Shown: positions 51,896-64,000 of the stretch, one piece after another | Numbering within the stretch: position 1 is the stretch's first letter | How the letters are laid out: each line of letters starts with the position of its first letter | Source of the DNA: Octopus vulgaris | Lineage: Eukaryota | Direction of reading: 5' to 3' | Assembly (NCBI GenBank): GCA_951406725.2 | Contig: OX597816.1 | Location: forward strand, 5,146,001-5,210,000 | Length of the DNA: 64,000 nt | Translations under genes and position numbers: made by a program | Notes under the pieces: model-generated | What the model was told of the DNA's origin: nothing | Databases searched by the model: none | The model's input: the letters and a program-made list of their open reading frames with translations, nothing else

Positions 51896-52606
51896 ATAAA
51901 TATAGCTGAAGGATATAAGACAATGTTTTACCTTCCCACTGATTTGGTTTTATTAATTATCTTAATTGTCTTTCACTGATGAAAACAGTCCCAGTTTTTC
52001 ATGTCATTTACCTTAATCTAATTTATAATTGGAAATCACGTCAATAGAACTTGTAATGTCATTAATTCGTGGAAGATACATCAAGCAGTTGGAGAGAAAG
52101 GTTCTTTTGTTTTACTACAAATATGGGACATGAATAAACGGTAATCCGGTACCGGAATATGTTTAGTCAGGTTTTCGTCAGCATCTGGACAATGGAATAA
52201 ATAATTTCATATATTCCATTTTAAGAAGACAAATGATACTTATCAGAGTGGTACGAGAAACATTAATTATGACAATACTCAGAGTAATTAAATTTCATTA
52301 ATTGCAGAATAATGTTCCTATAACTGGCACCATTAATATTTTCTAACATAGACACATGTCCAGAAGGTAAAATAGACAAATGCAGAATCTGAACTCAAAA
52401 CGTTCAGAATTGGAAAAAATACTGCTCAGCATTTTGGCCAATGCTTTAAGAATTCTGCAGGTTCACTGAATATTTGGTGTGCAACAGGCAAGGAATTGGT
52501 TTCAAGAGGTGTCTGGAACAATTTTGTTTTCATCTTACAATACATACTTCTCAACAAAGGATGAAAACTGTAATTTTTAATTATCAAATCTGAGATTTTA
52601 TTATTA

Positions 52607-52659
<53 letters not shown>

Positions 52660-52661
52660 CA

Positions 52662-52874
52662 TTCAGTAGTTTTATTTTTATAACGTGCTTTCACTTCACT
52701 ACCGAGCGCAGCTCTGTGTGCCTTGGGTATGTGCTGTAGTTTGCTGTGATGCTCTGATGGTTACTGTATTGAAAGTGTTCTGTGTAGGATGTGTGCGGTG
52801 CCTAGTAGTGCAATTTTCTGTATGTTATATGTGTTTGTAAATCCTGGTGATTCTGTTATGCATTTGTCTGAATA

Positions 52875-52880
<6 letters not shown>
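52662..52880 (-). mobile_element. R4/Dong-like LINE 3' end inserted in (TAA)n
   Basis: Translates TNTYNIQKIALLGTAHILHRTLSIQ*; (TTA)n on both sides. Confidence 0.85.
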
Positions 52881-52936
<56 letters not shown>

Positions 52937-53284
52937 TACTATATTATTATTAATTACTATAATAGAAATACTGATAACAATCATCATTAATGTCCACTTT
53001 CCTATGCTCTCATGGGTCGATAAGCATTCATTGGGGCAGATTTTCTCTGACCAGATGCTCTTCCTGTCACCAATCTTCACTTGCTTTCAAGTAAGGTTGT
53101 ATCCCCTCCACACCACCACTACCATGATGACATGTTTTTCATGAAAGACTGGAATCAAACTGCACCACTTGTACAACAATTATGCTTATTTACAAACATC
53201 ACCCCTACTCCCGTGTGTGTGTGTGTGTGTGAGTGAAGGGCTTCTTTTAGTTTCTGCTTACCAAATCCATTCACAAGGCTTTAA

Positions 53285-53517
53285 TATTTCTTTATTGCCC
53301 ACAAGGGGCTAAACACAGAGGGGACAAACAAGGAGAGACAAACGGATTAAGTCGATTATATCGACCCCAGTGCATCACTGGTACTTAATTTATCAACCCT
53401 GAAAGGATGAAAGGTAAAGTCGACCTTGGCAGAATTTGAACTCAGAACGTAACGGCAGACGAAATACGGCTATGCATTTCGCCCGGCATGCTAACGTTTC
53501 TGTCAGCTCTCCGCCTT
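53285..53517 (-). mobile_element. SINE A1 nested in a B-headed SINE (52980-53605)
   Basis: TSD ATCCATTCACA(A/G)GGCTTTA. Confidence 0.88.
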
Positions 53518-54321
53518 ATCCATTCACAGGGCTTTAGTTAGCCCAGAATGTAATAGGTGATACTCTCCTAAGGTACCACACAGTGGGACTGAACCTGATA
53601 CCATGTCTGCACCTGTGATGATGATAAAATTGTCCCTTGATTGCACGAGTCCACCAATGGCTTTTAATTTAACTGAAAAAAAAACACAGCTGAAGAAAAG
53701 GAGGCACAGAATCAAGTTCAATCAATTATTTGAACTTGTTTTAGAGAACATTATCAAAAGCAAATCAGAAAGGTACTTTGTGATGGCAAACTAAATACTG
53801 TTTCTAGATCAAATATCTTTTAATAATTCTACCGAGAAACTAAGTCAATCCTTTCATTAGTTAAATGTATTTGTAGAGCTTGCAGGCTAATCTTAATTAA
53901 TCCATATTAATCTTATTTTTTATTCGATAATGTTTCTAATCATTCATTCTGGCAGGGAATGTTGTGTGTTTTGATATTTCCTCAACTTTTCTGAAATTAT
54001 TGCAACAAAGAACATTAAATTACTAAGTTTTTTGATAAATATCTTTCTTTTCTTGTAATTTTTTTACACCTTTTTTGAAAATTATTTTCAATTTTGGAGG
54101 CAGAGGTGTGAATTAGGAAGTGTTGCATATAAATTTTTGGATAATCTCACCTGGATAATCTCTTATACATGTATAATCTGGTTGAGGGAGAGTGCAAGGT
54201 TCTGACTACTAGTTCAAAAGAAATTCTTTGTTTGTCAAAGAATCTATTTTCTGTGGGATTTATAGCTCTGAATATATTCCATAGAAAGTTTAAAAAAAAA
54301 TATTCATCATCATTTAGCATT

Positions 54322-54710
54322 AGGCACAGGAGTGGCTGTGCTCACCAACCACATGGTTCTGGGTTCAGTCCCACTGCGTGGCACCTTGGGCAAATGTCTC
54401 CTACTATAGCATCAGGCCGACCCAAGCCTTTTGAATGGATTTGGTAGACAGAAATTGAAAGAAGCCCATCATATATATATATATATATATATCCATATAT
54501 ATGTATGTATATTGTGTGTCTGTGTTTGTCCCCTCACCAATGCTGGTGTGTTTACGTCCCTGTAACTTAGAGGTTCAGCAAAAGAGACCAATGTAATAAG
54601 TACTAGGCTTACAAAGAATAAGTCCTAGGGTCAATTTGCTCGACTAAAAAGGCAATGCTCCAGCATGGCCGCAGTCAAATGACTAAAACGAGTAAAAGAA
54701 TAAAAGAAAA
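54322..54710 (+). mobile_element. SINE family B
   Basis: Family homology. Confidence 0.88.
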
Positions 54711-55059
54711 AAAGAATTCATTTTCTCCATGCTTGAATGGGTCAGAGTTTATTGAGTCAGATTTCTTTTGCAGATGGAGGCCTCTCCTTTTGGCCAACCA
54801 TAATGGCTTTTCCAACCAAGGTAATATTCTCCCATGGCCAGGACTGTTTTTGCAGAATATTGGAAAAGAATGACATTCATTTTCATCAATCACACGAATC
54901 AAGACAAGGTGATGTGCACATACACACACACACACACATGCATACAGGAGGCTTCTCTCAATTTCTTCTGCAAATCCTGTCACAAGGTTTGGCTGGCCCA
55001 GGGCTATAAAAAACACTTGCCAATGGTACAACACAGTGGAACCGAACCCAGAATCATTA

Positions 55060-55657
55060 ATTCTTTTTTGCCCACAAGGGGCTAAACATAGAGGGGACAA
55101 ACAAGGACAGACAAAGGAACTATGTCGATTTCATCAACCTCAGTGCATAACTGGTACTTATTTAATCAAACCCCAAAGGATGAAAGGCAAAGTCGACCTT
55201 GGCGGAATTTGAACTCAGAACGTAAAGACAGATAAAATACCTATTTCTTTACTACCCACAAGGGCTAAAAACAGAGAGGACAAACAAGTACAGACAAATG
55301 GATTAAGTCGATTATATCGACCCCAGTGCATAACTGGTACTTATTTAATAAACCTTGAAAGGATGAAAGTTATAGTCAACCTTGGTGGAATTTGAACTCA
55401 GAATGTAGTGGCAGACAAAATACCTATTTCTTTACTACTCACAAGGGGCTACACACAGAGGGGACAAACAAGGACAGCGAAACGGATTAAGTTGATTATA
55501 TCAACCCCAGTGCGTAACTGGTACTTATTTAATCAACCCCAAAAGGATGAAAGGCAAAGTCGACTTTGGCAGAATTTGAACTCAGAATGTAGCAGCAGAC
55601 GAAATATCGGTAAGCATTTCGCCCAGCGTGCTAAAGTTTCTGCCAGCTCGCCACCTT
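55060..55657 (-). mobile_element. SINE family A1 tandem trimer nested in a B-headed SINE
   Basis: TSD CCGAACCCA(G/A)AATC; unit junctions near 55240 and 55423. Confidence 0.9.
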
Positions 55658-56747
55658 CCGAACCCAAAATCCTGTGACTGGGAAACCAACTTCTTAACTG
55701 CATTGCCTTGGCTGCACCTTAATTTTCTAATCTAAAATTAATTGATATGTTTCATGGTATGTTCTATAACTGTACTTAGTAGCATACTACATTTGATTAC
55801 TAATTAAGTTTTTGATTAAAAAATTAATTACTACAACAATAATATAACAGGTCCATCCAAGAAAGAGTTCAACTTGCTGGGGAAATAAGTGAAATGAATA
55901 AAGGAAAGCAACAGGCCTTGATAAGAATCCAAAAAAAACATGAACTGGTTTTTATCTTAAACACGTAAAAATTGAAATGAACAAAATTAATTGCAATGCT
56001 TACAAAATTGTTAATTGAGTTGCAAGTGTATGACTTCTCAATAAAAATTACGGTTTGATTAGAATAATGATATAATGAGAGGAATGCATGTGTGGGATAA
56101 CGCATAAATATTCAAGGAAATAGCAGTTTCGTTATAAATCTAGAGTTTTGATTTATAATGATGTAAAAATTAAAAGAATTTTCTCAGAATTCTCGTCATA
56201 AATCATTGTATTCATCCTGGCCATCATATGCCGCCATTGTCATCATCTATTCCCACATCTTGGTATAAGATGAAGACACAAAATGATAAAGATGATAATG
56301 GTAGTGATGATGATGATGATGATGGTAAATTCAATGGTTTATGGAAAGATTTATCTGAACAAATAATAAATGGATTGTAATGATATTTCTCCAGAGTTCA
56401 ACATAGATTATTTAGTTAACATATATATTAGGTGAACTTTTATCCCAATACAGGTGTGAATGGCAATGAAGATATGTATAAGTGCAAAAATGTGTGTGGT
56501 TTGAGATATATATATATATATATATAAAGAATCTTTGGTTATAGAACAGAAACAAGAGATAAATATTATTTCTTGTTGTGTGTATATATATATATATACA
56601 CCTGCTTCTTTATTTGGAAGCCTTTTTTTTTTTGTATTTCTATATGAATAATATATAGTCTAATGACTAATTCGTCTTTTGTGCTGGGTCACTGGTAATA
56701 ATAATTTACTTTTTATTACCCTATTTACTATCTATAAATATATATAT

Positions 56748-56944
56748 AGGGAGAGTTTACGAAAAATACAAAAGACAGGTGGTGTACAAAACAAACAGAT
56801 GTATTAGTATAAAGATCAGGAACAGAAAAAGTCTTTTACGTTTTGAGTCTTTGCTCTTCTACAGAAAGGGACACAGAAAAAACAAGGAGAGAAACAAGAA
56901 GAAAAAAAAAGGAGAGAAAAAATGTGTGTAGTGGCTAACGATCT

Positions 56945-56948
<4 letters not shown>
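56748..56948 (-). mobile_element. Family G element in (TA)n with hammerhead-like motif (56833-56868)
   Basis: Reverse complement of 24260-24470. Confidence 0.8.
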
Positions 56949-56997
<49 letters not shown>

Positions 56998-57288
56998 CCT
57001 GGCAAATAAAATGAGATCACAGCTGTCACCTACGCCAGTGTCACATAACCAACCCACTTAAAAAGTACCTTTGCATAGTAGGGTGAGATGCTGCACTTGA
57101 GGAGACCTATTGAATCAAGTATATCATCATCATCATCAAAATCAAATCAAACGGAAAGTGGAGTCGTGGCTCCCCATGCCAGTGGCACATAAAAAGCATC
57201 ATCCAAACTGGCACAAATGATTTGTTTCTAGTGATCACATATACGTGCTGCTCACACCATTAAATCAACGTTACCTGAACAGGTGCAC

Positions 57289-57357
57289 TGTGTACCACAT
57301 GTCATGTGTACCCCATGTCATGTGTACCACATGTCATGTGTACCACATGTCATGTGT
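57289..57357. repeat. 16-bp tandem repeat (TGTGTACCACATGTCA) x4
   Basis: Direct inspection. Confidence 0.9.
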
Positions 57358-57489
57358 CGAAGTGATTGCGAAGCAGAATGAGATGGATATTACACCAAGC
57401 CGGTCCAAGAATTGAAACCACAATCCTGCCATTATGAATGGAACACATTAACCACTAGGCTAGACACCCTTACACATACAATAAGTTTC

Positions 57490-57608
57490 TATTGGAGACA
57501 CACTCACATACACATGCTCTAACACACACACACTCACACACACACACACATCCACACACACACATGCGCACACATACATACACACTCACACACAGCCACA
57601 CACACACA

Positions 57609-57641
<33 letters not shown>

Positions 57642-57900
57642 CCACACACACATATGCGCACACATACACACACACTCACACACATCCACACACACACATG
57701 CGCACACATACACACACACTCACACACAGCCACACACACACACTCACACACACACATACACACACACACACACATCCACACACACATATGCGCACACATA
57801 CACACACATTCACACACAGCCACACACACACACTCACACTAACACACACATACACACACAGACACACTCACACACAACCACACACACACACACACACACA
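57490..57900. repeat. Compound (CA)n with higher-order units
   Basis: Recurring CATCCACAC / ATGCGCAC / CAGCCAC interruptions. Confidence 0.95.
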
Positions 57901-59729
57901 TCTGAAAATATTTTCTCAATTTGCAAGAAAGGAAAAGTGCCACAATCAACAAAGTCCTCAACACCTGACAGAATCTGCAGGGTTTGATTTATTATTTGGA
58001 AGCTTAAATTCTATAAGATTCGATGCTTGTATCAACCGTGTTTGCTTTTCAAGCTCAACTCCTATTGTGTGTGGTAAATGCTACGAAATATATCACCAGA
58101 AAAAGATATGTACAAGCAAATCTTAGGAATAAACGAATTAACATCGTTGGTCAGAAAGATCACAGGCATAAAATCTATTCCAATTCTGATGTGCATCTTG
58201 ATCTAATAATTTACAACAAACTGTTATTATATGTTGGTGAATGTCAAAAGTTAAAGGACTGCAATTATGAATTATCAATGAGATTATTGTTGATGTATGA
58301 TGCAGAGAGTTACTGGAATTGATGCTGTAAATAACAGAGCCTAAGGGACTTGGAATTTGTTAGTGGGTTAAAGATAGAAGAAAGTATACGGTGTGATTAC
58401 TCCTGGGAAATAATGAAGTATTGATCTTTTCACTCAAGTGTTAGTATGATCTTTCAGTGTTTCAGTAGATATTTCTCGTAATGGCAGCACTTAGTGAAAA
58501 TTTTTGATCTATATTTATTTCAAATATATGAAATAATGATCTTTGTATGTTATTATAATACAAACCTTACTTTATATCTACTCTGATAGTTTACCTTAGA
58601 ACATTTCAGTACAGTAAGCTGACCTAAATAAATGTATTTTGTGGCTCTGTCAAAGTTGAAAACCTCAATCCCCAAGTCATTTTTATTTTTAATTTGACAT
58701 TGTCTGACCCCAAAATTAGGAAAATATCTGACTATTTACCATAATTTAAATATTTTTACCCAGTAGATTACTCACTTAGTGCTTGGTATATTTTCTTATA
58801 ATATAAACTAAATTTTGTATGAAGAATTAAATGAAGTTGCCAATATGATGTATTACTTGTGACAAAATAGTTTCCCAGTTAAGATGCAAACTTTGCATTT
58901 GCAGTGGGGTTTGTAGATATTAATATTCATAAATGGAATTTAGAAACCTCATAAATTGTTTACATGAAAAGATGGTTACGTGGACGTGTAGTTAAAATGA
59001 TTGATGAATGTTTCGAAGAGCAAAAGACCTCTGATGGCTTGATGTTAATATAAAGACAGAAGTATACTTTGCTTAAACATAATTGAGCAGCTTTGAACTG
59101 TGCTCTTCCATCATGTTTTTGGGTGGCCATTATGAATTGTTTACTTTTAAGGCTGACATAAACAAGAATCTATTTTAATCTTTTCATAGGCATCCCTTTT
59201 AACCCATCACGCTTCAGTGGTCTCTTCGACATTCCATATCAATTTCAATTTAAAAAACAAAAATAGAGCTGAGATTATGGAAAACCAATTTTGCTACTTG
59301 ATAAATAATTGCCTTGATGGCAATAGAGAGAGAAAAGCTCAATACATGTTTAATATTTGCTCAATATAGGTTTTATATTTGCTCAATACATATTTGTATA
59401 TTTGCTCAATACGTGTTTCATATAAAACTGATGAGGATTAGCAGATTACGTTTTTTGTTCATCCCTAAAAGAATATCCGAAGATGCAAGTTAGATACTCT
59501 TGTAATTATCTTGGACAACTCATCTAAATTAAAAGGTTTGAGAAGGACTTGGAAGCTGTTTATTTAATTGGCTCTTGAGAAACACCTGACATTACGCAGA
59601 GTCCCCAGATTCCTACCAGGAACAGCCAATGCAGCGAATGTGTTATTCTTCCAGAGTTGTTAATACAAGAGCATCCGCAAAGATAACGATCGCCATGACA
59701 ACATTGTCTGAGCCTTCTCCACCAGCTTC

Positions 59730-60320
59730 ATAATGATGATGAGGATGACGACGACGACGACAATGATGATGATGATGATGATGATGACAATGACGATGCT
59801 GATGATGATGATGATGATGACGATGGCAATGCTGATGATAATGATGAGGATGATGATAATGATGACGATGATGATGACAATGATGATGCCAATGACGATG
59901 ACGAAGACAGTGGTGGTGGTGGCAATAACGATGGTGACAGTGATGAAGATGATGATGATGCTGCTGACGATGATGATGATGATGATGATGATGATAATGA
60001 TGACGATGACAATGATGACGACGACAGTGGTAGTGGTGGTGGTGGTGGTGGTGGTGGTGATGGTGGTGGCAGTGATGATGATGATGATAATGCTGATGAC
60101 GACGACGACAATGATGATGATGATGATAACGATGGCAATGCTGATAATAATGATGATGATGATACCGATGACAATGACGACAACGGTGGTGGTGGTAACG
60201 ATGGTGACAGTGATGTTGATGATGATAATGCTGATGACGATGATGATGATAACGATGACACTGATGATGACAATGACGATGATGAGAATGATGACGATGA
60301 TGATGATGATGATGATGATT
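59730..60320. repeat. Degenerate (GAT)n/(GGT)n tract (similar tract 62690-63125)
   Basis: Direct inspection. Confidence 0.95.
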
Positions 60321-60703
60321 ACTCCCATTGCTACAAGAGTAAATCTTAATCAATACCTTGTACTTATAGCATCAACTCGACCGATAGGATAAAGATAAAC
60401 GCTGTTTTAGCATTTAATCTGATGCTTGAGCAAGTTTATCACTCCTCTCATAACCTTGAAAATAATAGTAACAACAATCGTTTCTACTATAAGCACAAGG
60501 CCTATAATTGTGGTGGGGGTGTAGCTGATTACATCAACCCCAGTATTCAACTGGTACTTGTTTCATCGACCCCCCACAAAAGGTTAAAAGGCAAATTTCA
60601 CTTCCCTGGAATTTGAACTCACAATGCAATGATGGATGAAGTGCAGTTAAATATTTTTTGTCTGGCATGCTAATGATTTTGCCAGCTCAACGCATTCATA
60701 ATG

Positions 60704-60740
<37 letters not shown>

Positions 60741-60755
60741 TAATAATAATAATAA

Positions 60756-60858
60756 TACTTTTTTTTTCTTCTTTCAAATTTGCTTCCATTTCTTGCTGAG
60801 GAGTCGGGAAGACACTCGGCAAGAAATGGAAGCAAATTTGAAAGAAGAAAAAAAAGTA
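60756..60858. repeat. Near-perfect 44-45 bp arm hairpin within (TAA)n
   Basis: CTTCTTTCAAATTTGCTTCCATTTCTTGCTGAG versus CTCGGCAAGAAATGGAAGCAAATTTGAAAGAAG. Confidence 0.92.
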
Positions 60859-60877
60859 ATAATAATAATAATAATAA

Positions 60878-61432
60878 ATGCCCTGAAGCAGTACCAGGCA
60901 GTGGCTCTCGTTGCTTCTGATCTTAACTGATTGGAAGTGTTATCATGTACATTGTTTTGTCTTGGTATAAAAGATGGGCTACAGCAAATATTCTGCTCAA
61001 TACCACAGATTTGCTTGTCAGGTGTTTGACCCATCCAGTTGACCATGTCCCTTACTGGCTGACGATATATGCATCTCTGATCACAAGCAGAAGTAGTGGG
61101 GGAGCATCATAGCCATATGTTGAGAGGGATTCTTTGGGGTTTGAATAATTCACCTCTGGAAACATGGGTGTTTTGTTCAACATCCTTAAGCAAACCTTAT
61201 TCAGGGACCTTTTGAGCAGGATGGGCTACTCGACCTGAAGAAAATTCTAAGTGGGCCCCACCTGCAAGGTCATGTGCTGTTTATCTTGATATGAGATCAC
61301 CATGTCGTGCACATATGGTTGTGATGCATGTGCCTGGTGTACCCTTACAAGACGGGTAGTCATTATGGGTATACTGGGCTTCATATATTTTATCTCAGTG
61401 TCACTTTGATGGTATGCACTGCTCTTTCACTC
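60878..61432. mobile_element. Probable interspersed repeat inserted in (TAA)n, unclassified
   Basis: Higher-GC block bounded sharply by (TAA)n on both sides; single copy here. Confidence 0.4.
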
Positions 61433-61463
<31 letters not shown>

Positions 61464-62762
61464 TTGGTTTCAAATTTTGGCATAAAGCCAGAAATTTAGT
61501 GGGGAAAGGGTAAGTCAATTACATCAATCCAAGTGATGAATTGGTACTATTAACCCTGAAAGGATGAAAGACAAAGTCAACCCCAGCAGAATTTGAACTC
61601 AGAATGTAAGAATAGATAAAATGCTTCAAAGCATTTTTCCCGGCATGCTAACAATCCTTATTTCTTTGCTACCCACAAGGGGCTAGACACAGAGGGGTCA
61701 AAGAAGGACAGACAAATGGATTAAGTCGATTATGTCCACCCCAGTGCATAACTGGTACTTATTTAATCGACCCCGAAAGGATGAAAGGCAAAGTCGACTC
61801 AAATTTGAACTTAGAACATAGCGGCAGGAAACAGAAAACACCACTGCTTGGAACCGCTCGAATACTCCGGAAGGTGCTCGAAAAATAAGAGGTGTTACCT
61901 TAGTTCACTGGCAGTGAACAGCTAACACATAGTACATCTCCAGTGTCAGAAGCTGTGCAAAGACAATAATAATAATAATAATGGTTTCTGATACAGGCAC
62001 AAGGTCAGTAGTTTTTACAGAAGGAAGTTAGTCAATAAGGGTTCACTCCATCACCTAGTCTAGTTCTTAATTTTATCAACCCCCAACCAAAAAAAAAAAG
62101 ATGATGAGAAAAGCAGACAGCATTGGAACAATACTGCAAGTCATCTATTTCCAATGGCCTAAAAGTTCTGCCGACAGACATCATCATTTAACATCCGCTT
62201 TCCATGCTAGCATGGGTTGGACGATTTGACTGAAGTCTGGCAAACCAGACTCCAATCTGATCTGGCAGAGTTTCTACAGCTGGATGCCCTTCCTAACGCT
62301 AAGCACTCCGAGAGTGCAGTGGGTGCTTTTACGTGCCACCGGCACGAGGGCCAGTTGGGTGGTATTGGCAACGGCCATGCCCAAATGGTGCTTTTTATGT
62401 GCCATCTGCACAGGAGCCAGTCCAGCGGCACACCTTAATAAAAAGAATAACGGCCTGGACCAGTAATTTTAAGGGGAGGTATTTGACGATTATGTCACAC
62501 CCTGTACTCAACAGTTCCTTTACTTTATCAACCCCAGAGGCATGAAGGGGAAACGTTGACCTCAGCAGGATTTGAACTCAAAATGTGAAAAGCTACAAAG
62601 AATACCGCAAGGCATTTTGTTGCATGCTGTAATGGATTCTGTCGACCCATTATCCAAAAAATAAAAATATGAATTTCTGAAAGCTGCTGCTGCTGCTGCT
62701 GATGATGGTGATGATGATGGTGATGATGATGATAGTAGTGGTGGCAATGATGTTGATGACGG

Positions 62763-62812
<50 letters not shown>

Positions 62813-62834
62813 GTGATGATGGTGATAGTGAAGG

Positions 62835-62872
<38 letters not shown>

Positions 62873-62915
62873 GTGATGGTGATGATGATGATGACGATGG
62901 TGATGGTGATGGTGG

Positions 62916-62947
<32 letters not shown>

Positions 62948-63051
62948 GTGATGGTGGTGATGATGATGATGGTGATGATGATGTTGATCTGGTGGTGGTG
63001 GTGCTGCTGCTGCTGATGATGATGAAGATGCTGACAATGATGATCATTATA

Positions 63052-63126
<75 letters not shown>

Positions 63127-63567
63127 GATACATTTTTTTAATATAAATTGCTTTCTATGTTTCACTTTTAACAAATGATTGAAAAAAAAAAAAAAAAAAG
63201 ACATTTCTATGTTACATGCTTTGCATTGAATTCCATATTTTTCTCCATGTATTTCTCTGCAAAAGTGAAACCTTTCAGGAGACCTGATCCTTAACAAATG
63301 TTGAAGAACAGAAGAGAATTATTTATCAGTAAATTTGTTAAAATTCAATTGTTTTTTTTTTTTAAATTTTTTTTTTGAGAAATGAAAGAATGTAGCAAAA
63401 ACCTGAAAGAATTTATAGGAAATATTGGCATTTCAACGATATTGATTTTTACACCTGGCGGCATGAATGCCATAAATATGAGCAGTTTTCCTGCTTTTCA
63501 TAATCATTTTTATGCAAAACTGAAAGATAAAAGTTAAGATAATTTCTATCTCTGCTGCACTGCCTAC

Positions 63568-63619
<52 letters not shown>

Positions 63620-63734
63620 TAATAATGATAATAATGATAATAATTTTTTATGCCAGTGCACAAATTTCTTTACTGCAAAAATGTTAAGGTGAATTCTTCT
63701 CAGAATTTGAACTCTGAATTTCTAAATAATAATA

Positions 63735-63954
63735 ATCTTTTCTACTCTAGGCACAAGGCCAGAAATTTTGTGGATGGGGGGAGGCCAGTCGATTAGATCG
63801 ACCCCATTATGCAACTGGTACTTAATTTATCTACCCTGAAAAGATGAAAGACAAAGTCAACCTTGGTGGAATTTGAACTCACAACATAAAGACAGACGAA
63901 ATACTGCTAAGCATTTCACCCAGCATGCTAACAATTTTGCCAGCTTTCTGCCTC

Positions 63955-63955
<1 letters not shown>
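63735..63955 (-). mobile_element. SINE family A2 (further A copies at 60480-60690, 61465-61830, 62450-62640)
   Basis: Family homology. Confidence 0.85.
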
Positions 63956-63989
<34 letters not shown>

Positions 63990-64000
63990 TAATAAGGCAG

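Noticed and set aside
59424-59490. CUGAUGA-GGAU..AUCC-GAAG hammerhead-like match
   Set aside because: GAAG instead of GAAA and no stem I or III; likely chance
59643-60392. His-, Ser- or Met-rich ORFs (also 62528-63297 and 20251-20733)
   Set aside because: Translations of trinucleotide microsatellites open in several frames

Overview
AT-rich, microsatellite-dense eukaryotic DNA with no intact protein-coding gene that I can support. The repeat complement and a GC-rich 18S rDNA fragment with large V7/V9 expansions point to a cephalopod, probably Octopus (inference). The window reads as intergenic or intronic DNA made of several tRNA-derived SINE families (my working labels A, B, E/F), 5'-truncated RTE and R4/Dong-type LINE fragments, a decayed mariner, TTAA-flanked piggyBac-type MITEs, a Helentron-type element, a Tigger-like end and an orphan 18S rRNA pseudogene. 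The most notable signal is a cluster of minimal hammerhead-ribozyme (HHR) motifs from at least seven unrelated repeat families. One is a three-copy palindromic element (family D) with two divergent tRNA-type Pol III heads at its centre and an HHR in each arm; in one copy the whole inverted dimer lies inside a single 16-bp target-site duplication (TSD). Coordinates were read by eye and repeat ends may be off by about 10 bp. Family labels are mine, not database names.
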